From Alphaproteobacteria bacterium (GTDB lineage: Bacteria; Pseudomonadota; Alphaproteobacteria; Rs-D84): a stretch of DNA of 64,000 bases. This document shows, in pieces, positions 19,692-30,658 of the stretch (positions within the stretch are counted from its first letter, which is position 1; each line of letters starts with the position of its first letter). The position numbers and the translations under genes were made by a program. Location: contig JAGBHZ010000004.1 in the NCBI GenBank assembly GCA_017935245.1, positions 1,305-65,304 on the forward strand, written 5' to 3'. The notes under the pieces are model-generated. The model worked only from the letters and a program-made list of their open reading frames with translations, did not search any database and was not told where the DNA came from.

Positions 19692-21677
19692 TTATAGAAA
19701 CAGTTGTGTATCACGCATGGCCGGTTTTTCAATGGCCCGGTTCATATTATCTTGGCTGGATATGATATACGTTGCGTTTTTTGTTCTGGTTATTGCAGTG
19801 TATAAAATCTGGCGATTTAATAATGGACTGTTTTCAGATTCTGGCAAAATCACCAATATATTATTATATTCGGATCCCTGGGATTTATGTATTGTAATCG
19901 CGTACGCAGAATCAATCGCATCGGTTGGCAGTAAATACAACGGATAAAATATATAGTTCCCCATTTGCAGAATTAAATTCTGAACCGCGCCATCGGACGC
20001 ATCACTATTTTCTTTGACGCGTTTAATCATTATGTATTTCGTGCCTTTTATTGACACAACAACACCAATATCGCCGTTACTTAAATCGTACAGGTTTTGA
20101 TTCTTGGTTATAATTATCTGTTGACCAACAAAGAAATCCGTATCTGATTCAAGTTGATGCGTGGATTTTACATATTGGCAAATCGTTTTATTGATATTAT
20201 CGGTTCCACGCGCGCCATGATTTTCGGCACACAAAATTTTTGCGGTTTCCAGGTGCGACCATATTCCGTCAAGAACACGCAAGATGTCCCCAGATTGTAA
20301 ATCTAAATCAGAATATACGCGTTGATATTCTGGGGCATCATAAAAGGCGGCATACCATTCCCGGGGCGCGCAATCAATGGCATCTTCATCTGATATTGTT
20401 AAATATTTTACGGGATACTCTTTGATGCCGCGCTTTAAATTTTTCTGGTTGGTTTTTAATTCTTCTTGCCAGGTTGAACAATCAAAATCACACCAATCCA
20501 CCGCAACGGGTTCACCGTGTCGAATATGTTCTTTTAAATTGAATATTTCAGATTTTTCACGAAATCTTTGGCTTTTTGTTAATTCTATTAAACAATCGCG
20601 GCCACGATATTTTTGTGTCAAATCACAGAATACCGCCCCCGGTTGAACAGATGGTAACTGGTCTTTGTCCCCAAGGATAAATATGCGTGGACACTGGGTT
20701 TCATGCGACTGCGTTATTGTATTTAACAATTTAGCAAATAAAACAACGTCTATCATACTGGCTTCGTCTATTACAAAAACAGAATCTGATGGAAATTTCT
20801 TTGTTTCGTGCGTGTTAAAACCAGACAACCCCAACAGTCGATGAATTGTTATCGGTTCAACATCGGACAATATATCAATTTCTTCGCGGTGCGTTGATTT
20901 AATTTCGTCTTTTAAACCGTTAAGAACACCGGCAATACTTTCGCGCATTCTTTTGGCGGCCTTGCCACTGGGGGCGGCCATGTATATAGAACATCCCCCG
21001 TTCTTGGCAAGCATTTCCAACAGCAAATAACAAATAACCGTTGTTTTGCCCGTACCCGGACCACCGGTAACAATTAAATTACGGCCATTTTTCGCACGAA
21101 CAATTGCACGCGCCTGTTCCGGGGCCAGTTCAAATTTACGACCACTGTTATTGTCTGTGTAATCATATTTGGATTTAATGGACGCAACCGCGGCGTCTTC
21201 GTCGCCATGTTCGGGGGACGTGTTGGCATTTTCTGAAAACAGTAAATTTACAGATTCTTCGACAATTTGTTTGGCATTAAAAAACTTTTCCGTGAACAGC
21301 CACCCACGATATATCACAAACATATTATTTTTGCGTTCAATCCCGGGGGCGTCATATCGAAATACCAATGGGTTATCCGCGGGATATTGCGATATCGCCA
21401 AAATCCCACGGGATATGACCGTGTCATAATCTGTGGATATTGTCGCAGCGTCCAGACCCGCCAATTTTTCATGCCACTTTCTTTTTAATTCATTTTCATC
21501 AAGTGAAATACAAATATTCCCATCATCTATTAACGAAAAAAACACACAAAACAATTTCATAATATCGTCGGATACATGATATTCCTGGGCCAGCATAATC
21601 AAAACATATTCCCATGCATTGGAAATTGCCTTGGCTGCTTTTAATTCGTTAAAAATTTCTTTGAAGCCATTATCCAT
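19692..21677 (-). CDS. recD: Exodeoxyribonuclease V alpha subunit (SF1B helicase)
   Basis: TGGPGTGKTT, TIHRLLG, IDEASM, GDKDQLPSV, NGDIG, AITIHKSQGSEY; third gene of a recC-recB-recD operon. Confidence 0.9.
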   Translation of the reverse strand: MDNGFKEIFNELKAAKAISNAWEYVLIMLAQEYHVSDDIMKLFCVFFSLIDDGNICISLDENELKRKWHEKLAGLDAATISTDYDTVISRGILAISQYPADNPLVFRYDAPGIERKNNMFVIYRGWLFTEKFFNAKQIVEESVNLLFSENANTSPEHGDEDAAVASIKSKYDYTDNNSGRKFELAPEQARAIVRAKNGRNLIVTGGPGTGKTTVICYLLLEMLAKNGGCSIYMAAPSGKAAKRMRESIAGVLNGLKDEIKSTHREEIDILSDVEPITIHRLLGLSGFNTHETKKFPSDSVFVIDEASMIDVVLFAKLLNTITQSHETQCPRIFILGDKDQLPSVQPGAVFCDLTQKYRGRDCLIELTKSQRFREKSEIFNLKEHIRHGEPVAVDWCDFDCSTWQEELKTNQKNLKRGIKEYPVKYLTISDEDAIDCAPREWYAAFYDAPEYQRVYSDLDLQSGDILRVLDGIWSHLETAKILCAENHGARGTDNINKTICQYVKSTHQLESDTDFFVGQQIIITKNQNLYDLSNGDIGVVVSIKGTKYIMIKRVKENSDASDGAVQNLILQMGNYIFYPLYLLPTDAIDSAYAITIHKSQGSEYNNILVILPESENSPLLNRQILYTAITRTKNATYIISSQDNMNRAIEKPAMRDTQLFL

Positions 21678-24600
21678 TATAGATTCCTTTGATTACTTCT
21701 TTGAACGCGTTTTCCAATCGGTCATAATCGGCCCAGGTATGCGCATATATTCCATTGCCGGTCCCAGAATTACATCCGCGAACATAGACATAATAAATCC
21801 CACCAAAATGGTTGTTGAATATATCAGATTCAGATTGTTCTGGATAAAACTGGGCCAGCCATTTTATCAAACAATATGAATACAATACACGCTGGATTGC
21901 ATATCGTTCGTCGGTATGTGATTTCAGTGATTCATAGTTTGCATAGTCTTTGTCTGATTTGAATAAATCACTTTTCCAATCCAGTATCGAATACACCCGG
22001 CGGCCATCTATTTCGCGCACGAACAGCAAATCGATAAAACCATTACAATAATTTTTTAGCACATCTTTGTTATCGGGGTAAAAACCAAAATCAAATTCAA
22101 TCTCGGGCTTTCTGTCTTGATTCGTCAATGATGACAAACAAAATTTATTCCCAGTTGGATGATTTCCAATAATTTCTGGTATTTTCGCCGACATCGTGTT
22201 GATAATGTAACTGATGATTTCAGAATTTTTGCAATCAAACATATGTTTTTTGCAGCATTTTTCTATGATTGGTTTAAGATAATTTTTACGCGACGCATTA
22301 TCAGATTTTTCAAACACATTAAAATCAATACGCTCAAATATTTCATGAATTATTGTTCCGTATTGTTTGCCATACAAATCCGATGAAACATCAATTATAT
22401 TATTCGCGTCATAGATACCATCACGTATCGCAACTCCACAATCACAATCGTACCGATAGGTGGAAAAGTCGCCCGTGGCACCGGAATCATCTTCTTTGTC
22501 AATACGCTGTGTTTTTTCTGTTATCAAGATGTTCATATCTTCGCCGGTATCGTTTTTGTGATGCGATAATGACGTATAAGAATGCTTATACAATCGCTTT
22601 GACGACATTGGAATTGTACCAGGCACATCCGGCGCACTGTCCGTGCCGACAACATCATTTTTTTGCAAAATTGCCGCCGCACAATTATATGTGGCATCAG
22701 ATTTAACAAGTGCAAATAAATCCGGCATAGCGCTGTATTGGTCGATATTTGGACACCCCGACCATATCATCATCATCATCGAAGATGCGCGTGTAATTGC
22801 AACATATCGCAATGCATCAATATCTGATCTTTCTGGTTCTTGTTTTTCAGAAATATGCAGGTGTACTGTATCTTTGCCCGAATCATCACATTTGTGTTTA
22901 ACATGCACATATGTTTTATGTGCTGATTCTGCGCACATTAAATACACAGTTACCGGAAATTCCAACCCTTTGGCGGCGTGAATCGTGCTTATTTTTACAG
23001 TATCATTATCGGTGGACTTTTCCACAAGTTGCCCATCTTCGTCATTGGTCTTTTTATGTTTGCGTTGATTTAGAACCTGGGTTACGGTTGCAATTGATGC
23101 ATGTTTGGAAACAATATAATCCAGGATAAAATTCCCAACCTGGATATATTTTGTCAGGCTTTGGATTTTATCATAACTGGCCAGGCGTTCTGAAATCTTT
23201 GATTCTTCGATAATAGAATTAATCAATTTTGCATAATGTTTTGTTTCCGCCAGGTTGTGCCATTTTAACAACATCTGGCGTTCGGGACACAATATATTAT
23301 TGTATTTGTCGTTGTTTATGTCGCATATCGAAATATCAAAAAACGCCGTTTGCAGTGCCCGACGCAAAATGTTGCGGTTTGATGCATTAAAATCCGGGGC
23401 CGTTATGGCAGACAACAGCGCAACCCAATCCGCAGATTCCTTGGACATGAATAATGATGCGTCTTTGTACCACATAAATGGAATCTGGGCATGCGTCATT
23501 TTTTCAATTAAACCGGCCGCATCATCACGATTTCGAACCAATACCGTAAAATCCCCAAACGTTGCATTGCAATACGCATTTTTATCTTTGTGCCATATTT
23601 GTAGCGGGGTTTGACCAAAATTATCCGGCGTGCAATATTCAATTATTTTTGAAACGATTGTATCTTCGACCGTGATATATTTTTGTTCATCTGGGGACTG
23701 TTTTTCATGTAAAATAATATGAACGGGTTGTGTTACATTGCCATTTAATTTCGCCGGCATAATTGGATTTTTGGGTTCTGGGAATGTCGAATCCTGATAC
23801 GAATCTGCAATATCACCAACAACAATTTTATCCTTAGCAAGTACGTTTATCGCATTTATCATGGGTTCAGACGAACGATAATTTTCGTTTAATTCCCATA
23901 CCGCCACATTACGTTTGGTGTTATTTCTAATTTCTGTCTTGGCAACTTCATAAACCGCGGGGTCGGCACCCTGGAACGAATATATAGACTGCTTATTATC
24001 ACCAACAATTGTTATGTGATGGTCTGCGTCGGTGGTAAATATCTTTTTAAATATGTTCCATTGAATTTTATTAGTATCTTGGAATTCATCAATAATTGCG
24101 TATTTGTATTTATCCTTTAACACATCTAATAACTTGGACGATTTTTCTGTTATGGCATCATGAACAATTTTAATCATATCGCCATAGGTCTGCTGGTTCT
24201 TGTTTGTTTTTTCCAGTTGCCATGCCTGATAAATTTCTGTGATGTGTTTTATCACAAACCAACGGCGCAGTGCTTCGGGTTTGATTTCCTTTTTTTGGCG
24301 CCCCAGTTCCGCGACATCGCTTATTGTGGGCAACATTTTTATTATTTCGGTGGCTTTTTTATAACCCTGTTCTTCGGCGGGGGTTAATTTGTCCAGTGAA
24401 ATAATGTCTGGGTTTTCATGTGCACCATTTAGATAATATTTTTTTATTGCAGACGTCATGGCCGATAAAAACGGCTGGGGCGTGTTGTATAAATACATAA
24501 AAACGGGCGCTTCATTCTTAATCAAGGTATCACGTAAATACTTTCCAATAAATGTGTTTAGTTCCGCCCCTTCGTCAATCAACGTCATATTTTGCGTACA

Positions 24601-24981
24601 GTTCGCATATATGGCATTTTCTGTCAGGGTTTTCTGGCAAAAAGAGTTTATTGTAAATATTGGTGCATCATCAATTTTTTCAAGTTCTTGGTCTATTTTT
24701 GCCTTGTAACACAATGAACGCTCATCATTTTGACCGTTTAAAGCATCTGAGATTTCATTTAATTTCTTGCGGATTCTGTCGCGTAATTCACCGGTGGCCT
24801 TTTTCGTGTATGTAACGATTAGGATGTTAGACAGGCTGTAATCTGTGTTTTCTAACAACCACGGAACAACCAGTTCGGTAATTGTATATGTTTTGCCGGT
24901 GCCGGCGGATGCCTCTATGACCGTGTCCGTGGAACAATTAAAATCTTTGATACTGTGTATTTTTCTGATGTTATCTGACAT
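21670..24981 (-). CDS. recB: Exodeoxyribonuclease V beta subunit (UvrD-type helicase plus nuclease)
   Basis: IEASAGTGKTYTI, IDEFQDT, GDNKQSIYSF, STIHAAKGLEF; C-terminal nuclease GFIDLLF...LDWKS. Confidence 0.9.
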   Translation of the reverse strand: MSDNIRKIHSIKDFNCSTDTVIEASAGTGKTYTITELVVPWLLENTDYSLSNILIVTYTKKATGELRDRIRKKLNEISDALNGQNDERSLCYKAKIDQELEKIDDAPIFTINSFCQKTLTENAIYANCTQNMTLIDEGAELNTFIGKYLRDTLIKNEAPVFMYLYNTPQPFLSAMTSAIKKYYLNGAHENPDIISLDKLTPAEEQGYKKATEIIKMLPTISDVAELGRQKKEIKPEALRRWFVIKHITEIYQAWQLEKTNKNQQTYGDMIKIVHDAITEKSSKLLDVLKDKYKYAIIDEFQDTNKIQWNIFKKIFTTDADHHITIVGDNKQSIYSFQGADPAVYEVAKTEIRNNTKRNVAVWELNENYRSSEPMINAINVLAKDKIVVGDIADSYQDSTFPEPKNPIMPAKLNGNVTQPVHIILHEKQSPDEQKYITVEDTIVSKIIEYCTPDNFGQTPLQIWHKDKNAYCNATFGDFTVLVRNRDDAAGLIEKMTHAQIPFMWYKDASLFMSKESADWVALLSAITAPDFNASNRNILRRALQTAFFDISICDINNDKYNNILCPERQMLLKWHNLAETKHYAKLINSIIEESKISERLASYDKIQSLTKYIQVGNFILDYIVSKHASIATVTQVLNQRKHKKTNDEDGQLVEKSTDNDTVKISTIHAAKGLEFPVTVYLMCAESAHKTYVHVKHKCDDSGKDTVHLHISEKQEPERSDIDALRYVAITRASSMMMMIWSGCPNIDQYSAMPDLFALVKSDATYNCAAAILQKNDVVGTDSAPDVPGTIPMSSKRLYKHSYTSLSHHKNDTGEDMNILITEKTQRIDKEDDSGATGDFSTYRYDCDCGVAIRDGIYDANNIIDVSSDLYGKQYGTIIHEIFERIDFNVFEKSDNASRKNYLKPIIEKCCKKHMFDCKNSEIISYIINTMSAKIPEIIGNHPTGNKFCLSSLTNQDRKPEIEFDFGFYPDNKDVLKNYCNGFIDLLFVREIDGRRVYSILDWKSDLFKSDKDYANYESLKSHTDERYAIQRVLYSYCLIKWLAQFYPEQSESDIFNNHFGGIYYVYVRGCNSGTGNGIYAHTWADYDRLENAFKEVIKGIYNG

Positions 24982-24984
24982 AAT

Positions 24985-27900
24985 TTATTCCTTGGTTTCT
25001 GGGACAGATATCAATTTATCGTGTTCGTTCAGGGCCGCTTTGAATTCCTGGTAAAAATTATCTGCGGAAAACCCCAGGTCTGTATCCGGATCCAATAAAT
25101 CCTTGTTCGATATAGCAGACGGAATGAACGGATTATTAAAATAGCCCCTTTTAAGTTCGTCAAGTGATGAAACCTGTTTAATATTCCGTTCAAAGAAAGG
25201 TATGTATTTTCTATTATTTTCTATAAACGCAGATCTGTATATTTGATTCAATTTATCTTCGGCGATTTGCTTGGTCATGTTTGATATTTTTACCGCCAGC
25301 GCGGGGATTCCCCTATCGTTACTGATTATATGTGCCCTATATTTATGGTCGGGCACGGCAATTTGTGCAATTAGCGCATACAGTTCATGTTGATGTTTGG
25401 GTACTGAATTTAAACTGTTCACATATAAAAACACATCATTTTCTGTGTATGCGCACATAAAAATATCACCGCGCAAATCATACGATTTGCCATCACATCT
25501 TAGGCGAACGTTTATCGGATAGTTTGGTTTTATATCAATGTTGCAATCCCGAATTGCCAAGGCGATTCCAGCCCTGAATAACGCGATATGTCCTTCAATC
25601 TCTTGTTTAACGGCTTCGTATTCTTTTTTGTCAAACGGTTCGTTGGGTAACAAATCCCGAAAATCATCCATGCGCGGACGTTCGTCATCCAACAGGGGTT
25701 TAATTAAACGTCTTTGCAAGTTGTATTTTTCCAATGGTCCCAATTTTACATCTTCTAGTTCTTGGCATGATGTATCTTCTTCTTCGAAACCAAAAACACG
25801 ATTGGTATAGCATTTCAACGGATTTTCAATAAAATATCGAAATTCTGTTAATCTTACAACATCTGGCAAATCTGTTGCCGTGGGATTTTCGGGCGCCACA
25901 TGTGGATGCGCCGGGGACGGGGTCGTGTCATTTAAATTTATATAGACTTTTTTGTTCATGCGTTCGCGCGGCGTGTATAATTGGTCCCAATCACGTTTTT
26001 CATCAATCCCAACAGATTCCACCGCAACCCCGGCGTGGCGCGTCAAAATGTCCAGTGCACACGATGGATAAAAAGTATTATCTGTTTGCAAATCTTTGTT
26101 AACAAAACTGATATGTAATTCATCCGTGGTTCCCATAAACTGACACAAAAAGGCGTTTTTATTCTTTGATGGCACATCATCATCACCAATCTGCACCAGG
26201 TGCGAACGCCGATCCAATGCAATCTTGTTATTTGTACCCGGAAATTCATCAGAACCCATACCAATTAAAAACACATATTTAGCCGGCAAAATACGGTTCG
26301 CCAACAATGACGTAAATGTTACACCACGCGTAAATACCGTTCCGGTATTAAATTTAACATTGGATGCAATATCTATTAAAGACAGCAACACATATTCCAA
26401 TGGCATGGCAATCGTATTAAGTTTATATTGTTCCAATTTACGATTAATTTTGTCCAGGATGTATTTTTCTTTGGACACATTTTTGTTATCGCATTCGCTT
26501 AACGCAACCAGTTCATTGATAAACGTCTGGATATATTCAATGTCCACGCTTTCCAAAACGCGTTTGTGTTGAAACCGCCTAACCCATTTGTTTTTAACAT
26601 CATCAAATATTTTCACAAACTTTGTCAGCCAATCATTATCAGTGTCTTCGGTATTAAAGTCAGAAAATGGCATAACACGCCCGGATGAAAAATAAATTGG
26701 TTTATCCGTCAATTTTGCAATCAACAACCGATTAACTGCACTTTCCCAGTCATCAAAACTGTTACCGGCGGCGTCTGTGCCGTGGGCACGAAATACGCGC
26801 ATATTTTTAATCCAGGATTGAAAAACATTGGACACGTCATTATCAGTAATTTTGTATCGATTTTGAATCAAAGTGTTCTTGGTAAAACTAAAGAAATCCT
26901 TGCGACTAAAACCATTGTTATGCAATATCAAATACAATGTTTGCAGTACATCTAAAACAGCCGAATTTTTCCCACTGTAATCAACAATACTAAATGGAAC
27001 AAATGGATAATCGGGGTCCGTTTCATCAATTTGATTAAACACGGTTGTAATAACAGACTTGTACCGGTCAATATCAGGCGCCAGAACCAATATATCTTTT
27101 AAATTTGCGTTTTTTTCTTTTAATAATTTGCAAATTGATGAATGCACTATTTCTATTTCTTTGATTTTGGATGGAACACCAATAATCGTCAAAGATTCGT
27201 CGTTAATCAATCTTAGTTTTTCAGCATCTATTTTTTCATCATTGGCCATGGCATTTTGTATTCGCCCCAGCATCGTATTATTTTCATTTAGTGCCAATAT
27301 ATTGTGTGTCTGGTTGTTCGCATCAAACAATTCATGATTTTTTTGACCAAATTGCGCAAAATGCTTCAACAACAGGTTTTCGGATGCACATGGTTTTGGA
27401 ACCTGCAAATAAACACAGACATTAAACGTGTTGGACAATTCCTTTAACAAACGTCTGTATGTTTGTCCCATACCCGAAAAACCGAACACAAAAATATTTT
27501 GGTTTTCCAATGAGTTAAAGACTATTTTGCCGTCGTTTTCGCATCTGTTTTTTTCAGCCAATTCGGGACATGTGTAATAATGGACATCATTAATTATGAT
27601 ACCGTCGTTTATAATTTCATTATATAAATCTTTTTGCCAATCGGTGCCTGGTACCGCCACATCAATATTTTCACGGGTCGCTTCATATTCTATAAATAAT
27701 TTAGATAAATCATTGGCAAATTCAAACAGATGTTTGTAATCGATATCATCCATATTCCCATTAAAATTCAGATATTTTTCGATATTGTCGTTGCCCTTTA
27801 TTTTTTCTAGGTAGCATTGTCCATCGGGCCGCGACAGAAGTTTTTGCATAATAACATCACGCAATAAATCCGGCGACAAAAGGGCCTGGGGGGCGTCTGT

Positions 27901-28119
27901 CTTCATCAAATCAAACAAAAATGATTCCAGGCGTGCCGTGCGCAAATTCATTGGAACGCCACGATTTTCCAGGACATGCAATTTGAACCACTGTTCTGTT
28001 TTTGAATCTGTAAAAACAATGACGGGCGAAACAAAAGGATCGGTCCAACAATCCCTGATTTTTTGTAACATATCATCCGCCAATGCACGTGGCGACAAAG
28101 ATGTAATAATATTTAACAT
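24985..28119 (-). CDS. recC: Exodeoxyribonuclease V gamma subunit
   Basis: DPF..PVIV, FVFGFS, EIEIVH, DILVLAPDI..Y, GVTF, C-terminal FIENP; precedes recB. Confidence 0.85.
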   Translation of the reverse strand: MLNIITSLSPRALADDMLQKIRDCWTDPFVSPVIVFTDSKTEQWFKLHVLENRGVPMNLRTARLESFLFDLMKTDAPQALLSPDLLRDVIMQKLLSRPDGQCYLEKIKGNDNIEKYLNFNGNMDDIDYKHLFEFANDLSKLFIEYEATRENIDVAVPGTDWQKDLYNEIINDGIIINDVHYYTCPELAEKNRCENDGKIVFNSLENQNIFVFGFSGMGQTYRRLLKELSNTFNVCVYLQVPKPCASENLLLKHFAQFGQKNHELFDANNQTHNILALNENNTMLGRIQNAMANDEKIDAEKLRLINDESLTIIGVPSKIKEIEIVHSSICKLLKEKNANLKDILVLAPDIDRYKSVITTVFNQIDETDPDYPFVPFSIVDYSGKNSAVLDVLQTLYLILHNNGFSRKDFFSFTKNTLIQNRYKITDNDVSNVFQSWIKNMRVFRAHGTDAAGNSFDDWESAVNRLLIAKLTDKPIYFSSGRVMPFSDFNTEDTDNDWLTKFVKIFDDVKNKWVRRFQHKRVLESVDIEYIQTFINELVALSECDNKNVSKEKYILDKINRKLEQYKLNTIAMPLEYVLLSLIDIASNVKFNTGTVFTRGVTFTSLLANRILPAKYVFLIGMGSDEFPGTNNKIALDRRSHLVQIGDDDVPSKNKNAFLCQFMGTTDELHISFVNKDLQTDNTFYPSCALDILTRHAGVAVESVGIDEKRDWDQLYTPRERMNKKVYINLNDTTPSPAHPHVAPENPTATDLPDVVRLTEFRYFIENPLKCYTNRVFGFEEEDTSCQELEDVKLGPLEKYNLQRRLIKPLLDDERPRMDDFRDLLPNEPFDKKEYEAVKQEIEGHIALFRAGIALAIRDCNIDIKPNYPINVRLRCDGKSYDLRGDIFMCAYTENDVFLYVNSLNSVPKHQHELYALIAQIAVPDHKYRAHIISNDRGIPALAVKISNMTKQIAEDKLNQIYRSAFIENNRKYIPFFERNIKQVSSLDELKRGYFNNPFIPSAISNKDLLDPDTDLGFSADNFYQEFKAALNEHDKLISVPETKE

Positions 28120-28147
28120 ATTTCACCCCTTGGACACACCTTTTAGG

Positions 28148-28176
28148 ATTATAAGTCTGCATATCCCACTTTTCAA
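28148..28176 (-). promoter_or_regulatory. sigma70-like promoter of recCBD
   Basis: TTGAAA-17-TATAAT on the - strand about 30 nt before the recC ATG. Confidence 0.65.
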
Positions 28177-28228
28177 TATAAAAACCCCAATTTTTGCGCA
28201 ATAAATCATATGACAGACCGGGGGGATA

Positions 28229-28435
28229 TTATTCCCCCGGGCACGCCTTGGTTGATTTAACCGTATTTGACCAAAGCCACAAAATACTTAATATAAACCC
28301 AGAAAAATTCAGGATAAAATCCAGGCCTGACATATAATATTCCATACATGCCGCACCATAAAGATAGACCGCCGAAGAAAACGAAAGCAGCCATACACCA
28401 ATAAATATCATTGTTTTTATTATCATATTTGTCAT
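28229..28435 (-). CDS. Small 2-TM membrane protein
   Basis: AAGGAGG SD before MTNM; two hydrophobic segments; 22 bp after the AAA ATPase stop. Confidence 0.6.
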   Translation of the reverse strand: MTNMIIKTMIFIGVWLLSFSSAVYLYGAACMEYYMSGLDFILNFSGFILSILWLWSNTVKSTKACPGE

Positions 28436-28457
28436 ATCGGGTTCCTCCTTTTTTTTG

Positions 28458-30527
28458 TTAAAAACCAATTTTTGCCTTATTTTTTTGTATTTTTTTAACC
28501 TGTTGTTCTTGGCGTAATCTGGCCAACAGTTCCGATTTATCTGTGATATCCATCAGGTCGGCCTGTCTTTTAACCACGGCAAAATCACCAGGGGCCAAAT
28601 TTAATAAATCAGAAACTTCATCGGCACAAACCGTCTGGCCAAAGAAATCTTGAAACGCCATTACAACCTGGGGCGGGGTTAGGAAATCATATTTCACCTT
28701 GAACGAGAATCTGCGCAATGCCGCACGGTCTATGTTATCCATCAAATTTGTTGTACAGATAAACGGGTATTCGGCGGATTCCATCTGGGTCAACATTTCG
28801 TTAACACTGCTGACCTGCCATGATTGTTTGGCGTTGATACGATCCATCAGGAAACTGTCCGCTTCGTCAAATACCAGAATTGCTTTTTTATCGTGCGCCT
28901 CTTGAAAGGCACGGGCAATATTTCGTTCCGTTTGACCAACATAGGAACCATTAATATCACTGGCACGTTTTTTTATTATATTCATCCCCAATAAATCCGC
29001 CAAATATTCACAAAATGCGGTTTTGCCCGTGCCGGGCGCACCATACAGGCACAACGAAAAGTTTTTCAGATTTTTTACACTGATTTGATGCGCTAATTTT
29101 TCCAGATTCATATCTGTATTCAACAGGCCTGTGTTAAATTTTACACCGTCTGTTTTTTTATTCCGCGTCGATTGGCCGGTCATTGCACGCATCAAATTAT
29201 CAATCGTATAATCTATGATATGACAATCGTTCATGATTTTGGCATTTTTTACCGCGGTATCAATTACAGATAGCGGAACCGCATATTTCGATACAATTCG
29301 ACGTAATTCTGTATCAGAGATTTCAAGGTCATATTTTTCAAATATCCGACGCCATGTGTTGATTTTTGCACGCTCGTCGGGGTCGGTCATTTCCAGCGCC
29401 ATGGTAAATCTGCGAACATATGCACGGTCCATATCTTCGATATTATTTGTTATCCATATCACGGGACGTTTATTATTTTCCAGGATGCGATTTATGTATA
29501 ACTTGCTGGGGGTGTTGCGACTGTACGGTGATAAACAGAATACATCTTCGGCTTCGTCAAACAAGATAACGGAATCATTGTCTTTGTTCAGCACCGTTTG
29601 CAGATGTGCCAGATTGGACAGGCGCGCATCTTTGTCTTCTTGGTTTTCGGCGGTTGTGTATAAATTCAACCCCAGTTTATCACATATAGTTTTGGCAATT
29701 TCTGTTTTGCCGGTTCCGGGACGACCATACAATAATATATTTACACCCGCCTGGGTTTTAGCAACGCCACCCGACAAAATATCTGAAATTTTATCAAAGT
29801 CATCGGCCATATAATCAAAATTTTCGCGTTTCAAATTTGCAGACAATGGACACCCAATCAGGACATCACGAACATCCTTGCATGAATTAAAATTCATATT
29901 CAGCAAATTTAAGAACATTGGACTGAACGCATTATCACCATAGCGATGTTTTATTATACCCGCTTCGACCAGTGCACCGTTCGGCGACATTATCTCTTTG
30001 ACGCGTTCGGCGGGAATTTTACACACCGCGGATACAAAATCACTGTTAATGTCATCCATAAAATCATTGTTGATTCCATCGTTAAACGCAGTCAGCAATC
30101 GACGTATCGTCGTATTCTTCTTCATATAAATCCAGAATTGTAACAGACGCCGACAATCAGATGATAAATCAAATGTATCACATATGATTGTAAAGTTCTT
30201 GTCGAAATCGGGGCATGTTATATCGATTGTGTAATCCAATTTTCTGGAATCAAAAATGCCAGAAACCTGTTCATATAATTCATCTTTGGCCAAAATACTG
30301 TTGCGATACAATTTACCGTTCAACAGGTTGACAACAAATTCCACTTTGTCGGTGGATGTTACGCGACCTTCGCCACTGTTCAGTAAATCACGCAAACAGA
30401 AACCAAACAAATCCATGGAACATCTGGATAACTGATGAAAAAAGATATCAACATCTTCTGGTTCGTATTCACTGTTGGTTATATTCTTTAAATAGTGTAA
30501 TGCAATTTGTCTGTCTTTTACGTTCAT
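28458..30527 (-). CDS. Double-domain AAA+ ATPase (SpoVK/CDC48-like)
   Basis: Two Walker A motifs (GRPGTGKT, GAPGTGKT), two Walker B motifs (LFDEAE, VFDEAD), RRF arginine fingers, C-terminal IGF. Confidence 0.9.
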   Translation of the reverse strand: MNVKDRQIALHYLKNITNSEYEPEDVDIFFHQLSRCSMDLFGFCLRDLLNSGEGRVTSTDKVEFVVNLLNGKLYRNSILAKDELYEQVSGIFDSRKLDYTIDITCPDFDKNFTIICDTFDLSSDCRRLLQFWIYMKKNTTIRRLLTAFNDGINNDFMDDINSDFVSAVCKIPAERVKEIMSPNGALVEAGIIKHRYGDNAFSPMFLNLLNMNFNSCKDVRDVLIGCPLSANLKRENFDYMADDFDKISDILSGGVAKTQAGVNILLYGRPGTGKTEIAKTICDKLGLNLYTTAENQEDKDARLSNLAHLQTVLNKDNDSVILFDEAEDVFCLSPYSRNTPSKLYINRILENNKRPVIWITNNIEDMDRAYVRRFTMALEMTDPDERAKINTWRRIFEKYDLEISDTELRRIVSKYAVPLSVIDTAVKNAKIMNDCHIIDYTIDNLMRAMTGQSTRNKKTDGVKFNTGLLNTDMNLEKLAHQISVKNLKNFSLCLYGAPGTGKTAFCEYLADLLGMNIIKKRASDINGSYVGQTERNIARAFQEAHDKKAILVFDEADSFLMDRINAKQSWQVSSVNEMLTQMESAEYPFICTTNLMDNIDRAALRRFSFKVKYDFLTPPQVVMAFQDFFGQTVCADEVSDLLNLAPGDFAVVKRQADLMDITDKSELLARLRQEQQVKKIQKNKAKIGF

Positions 30528-30573
30528 ATGTGCCCCCTTTGGTCGGTCTTTATTGGGAATATAAACAACAAGT

Positions 30574-30590
30574 TGGACAAAAATGGTCCA
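30574..30590. promoter_or_regulatory. Candidate WYL-regulator operator TGGAC-N7-GTCCA
   Basis: Perfect palindrome between the divergent AAA and WYL genes, 10 bp upstream of a TATATT -10 (30558-30563, - strand) that has no -35. Confidence 0.65.
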
Positions 30591-30658
30591 TTTTCCCCTT
30601 GTGCTTTATTTTTTTATGCATATAATTAAAATAAAACGAATAAAACCCGGGGAAACAA

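Noticed and set aside
28131-28147. Second WYL operator in front of recC
   Set aside because: Only the TGGAC half-site is present, it abuts the SD, and recC has its own consensus -35/-10.
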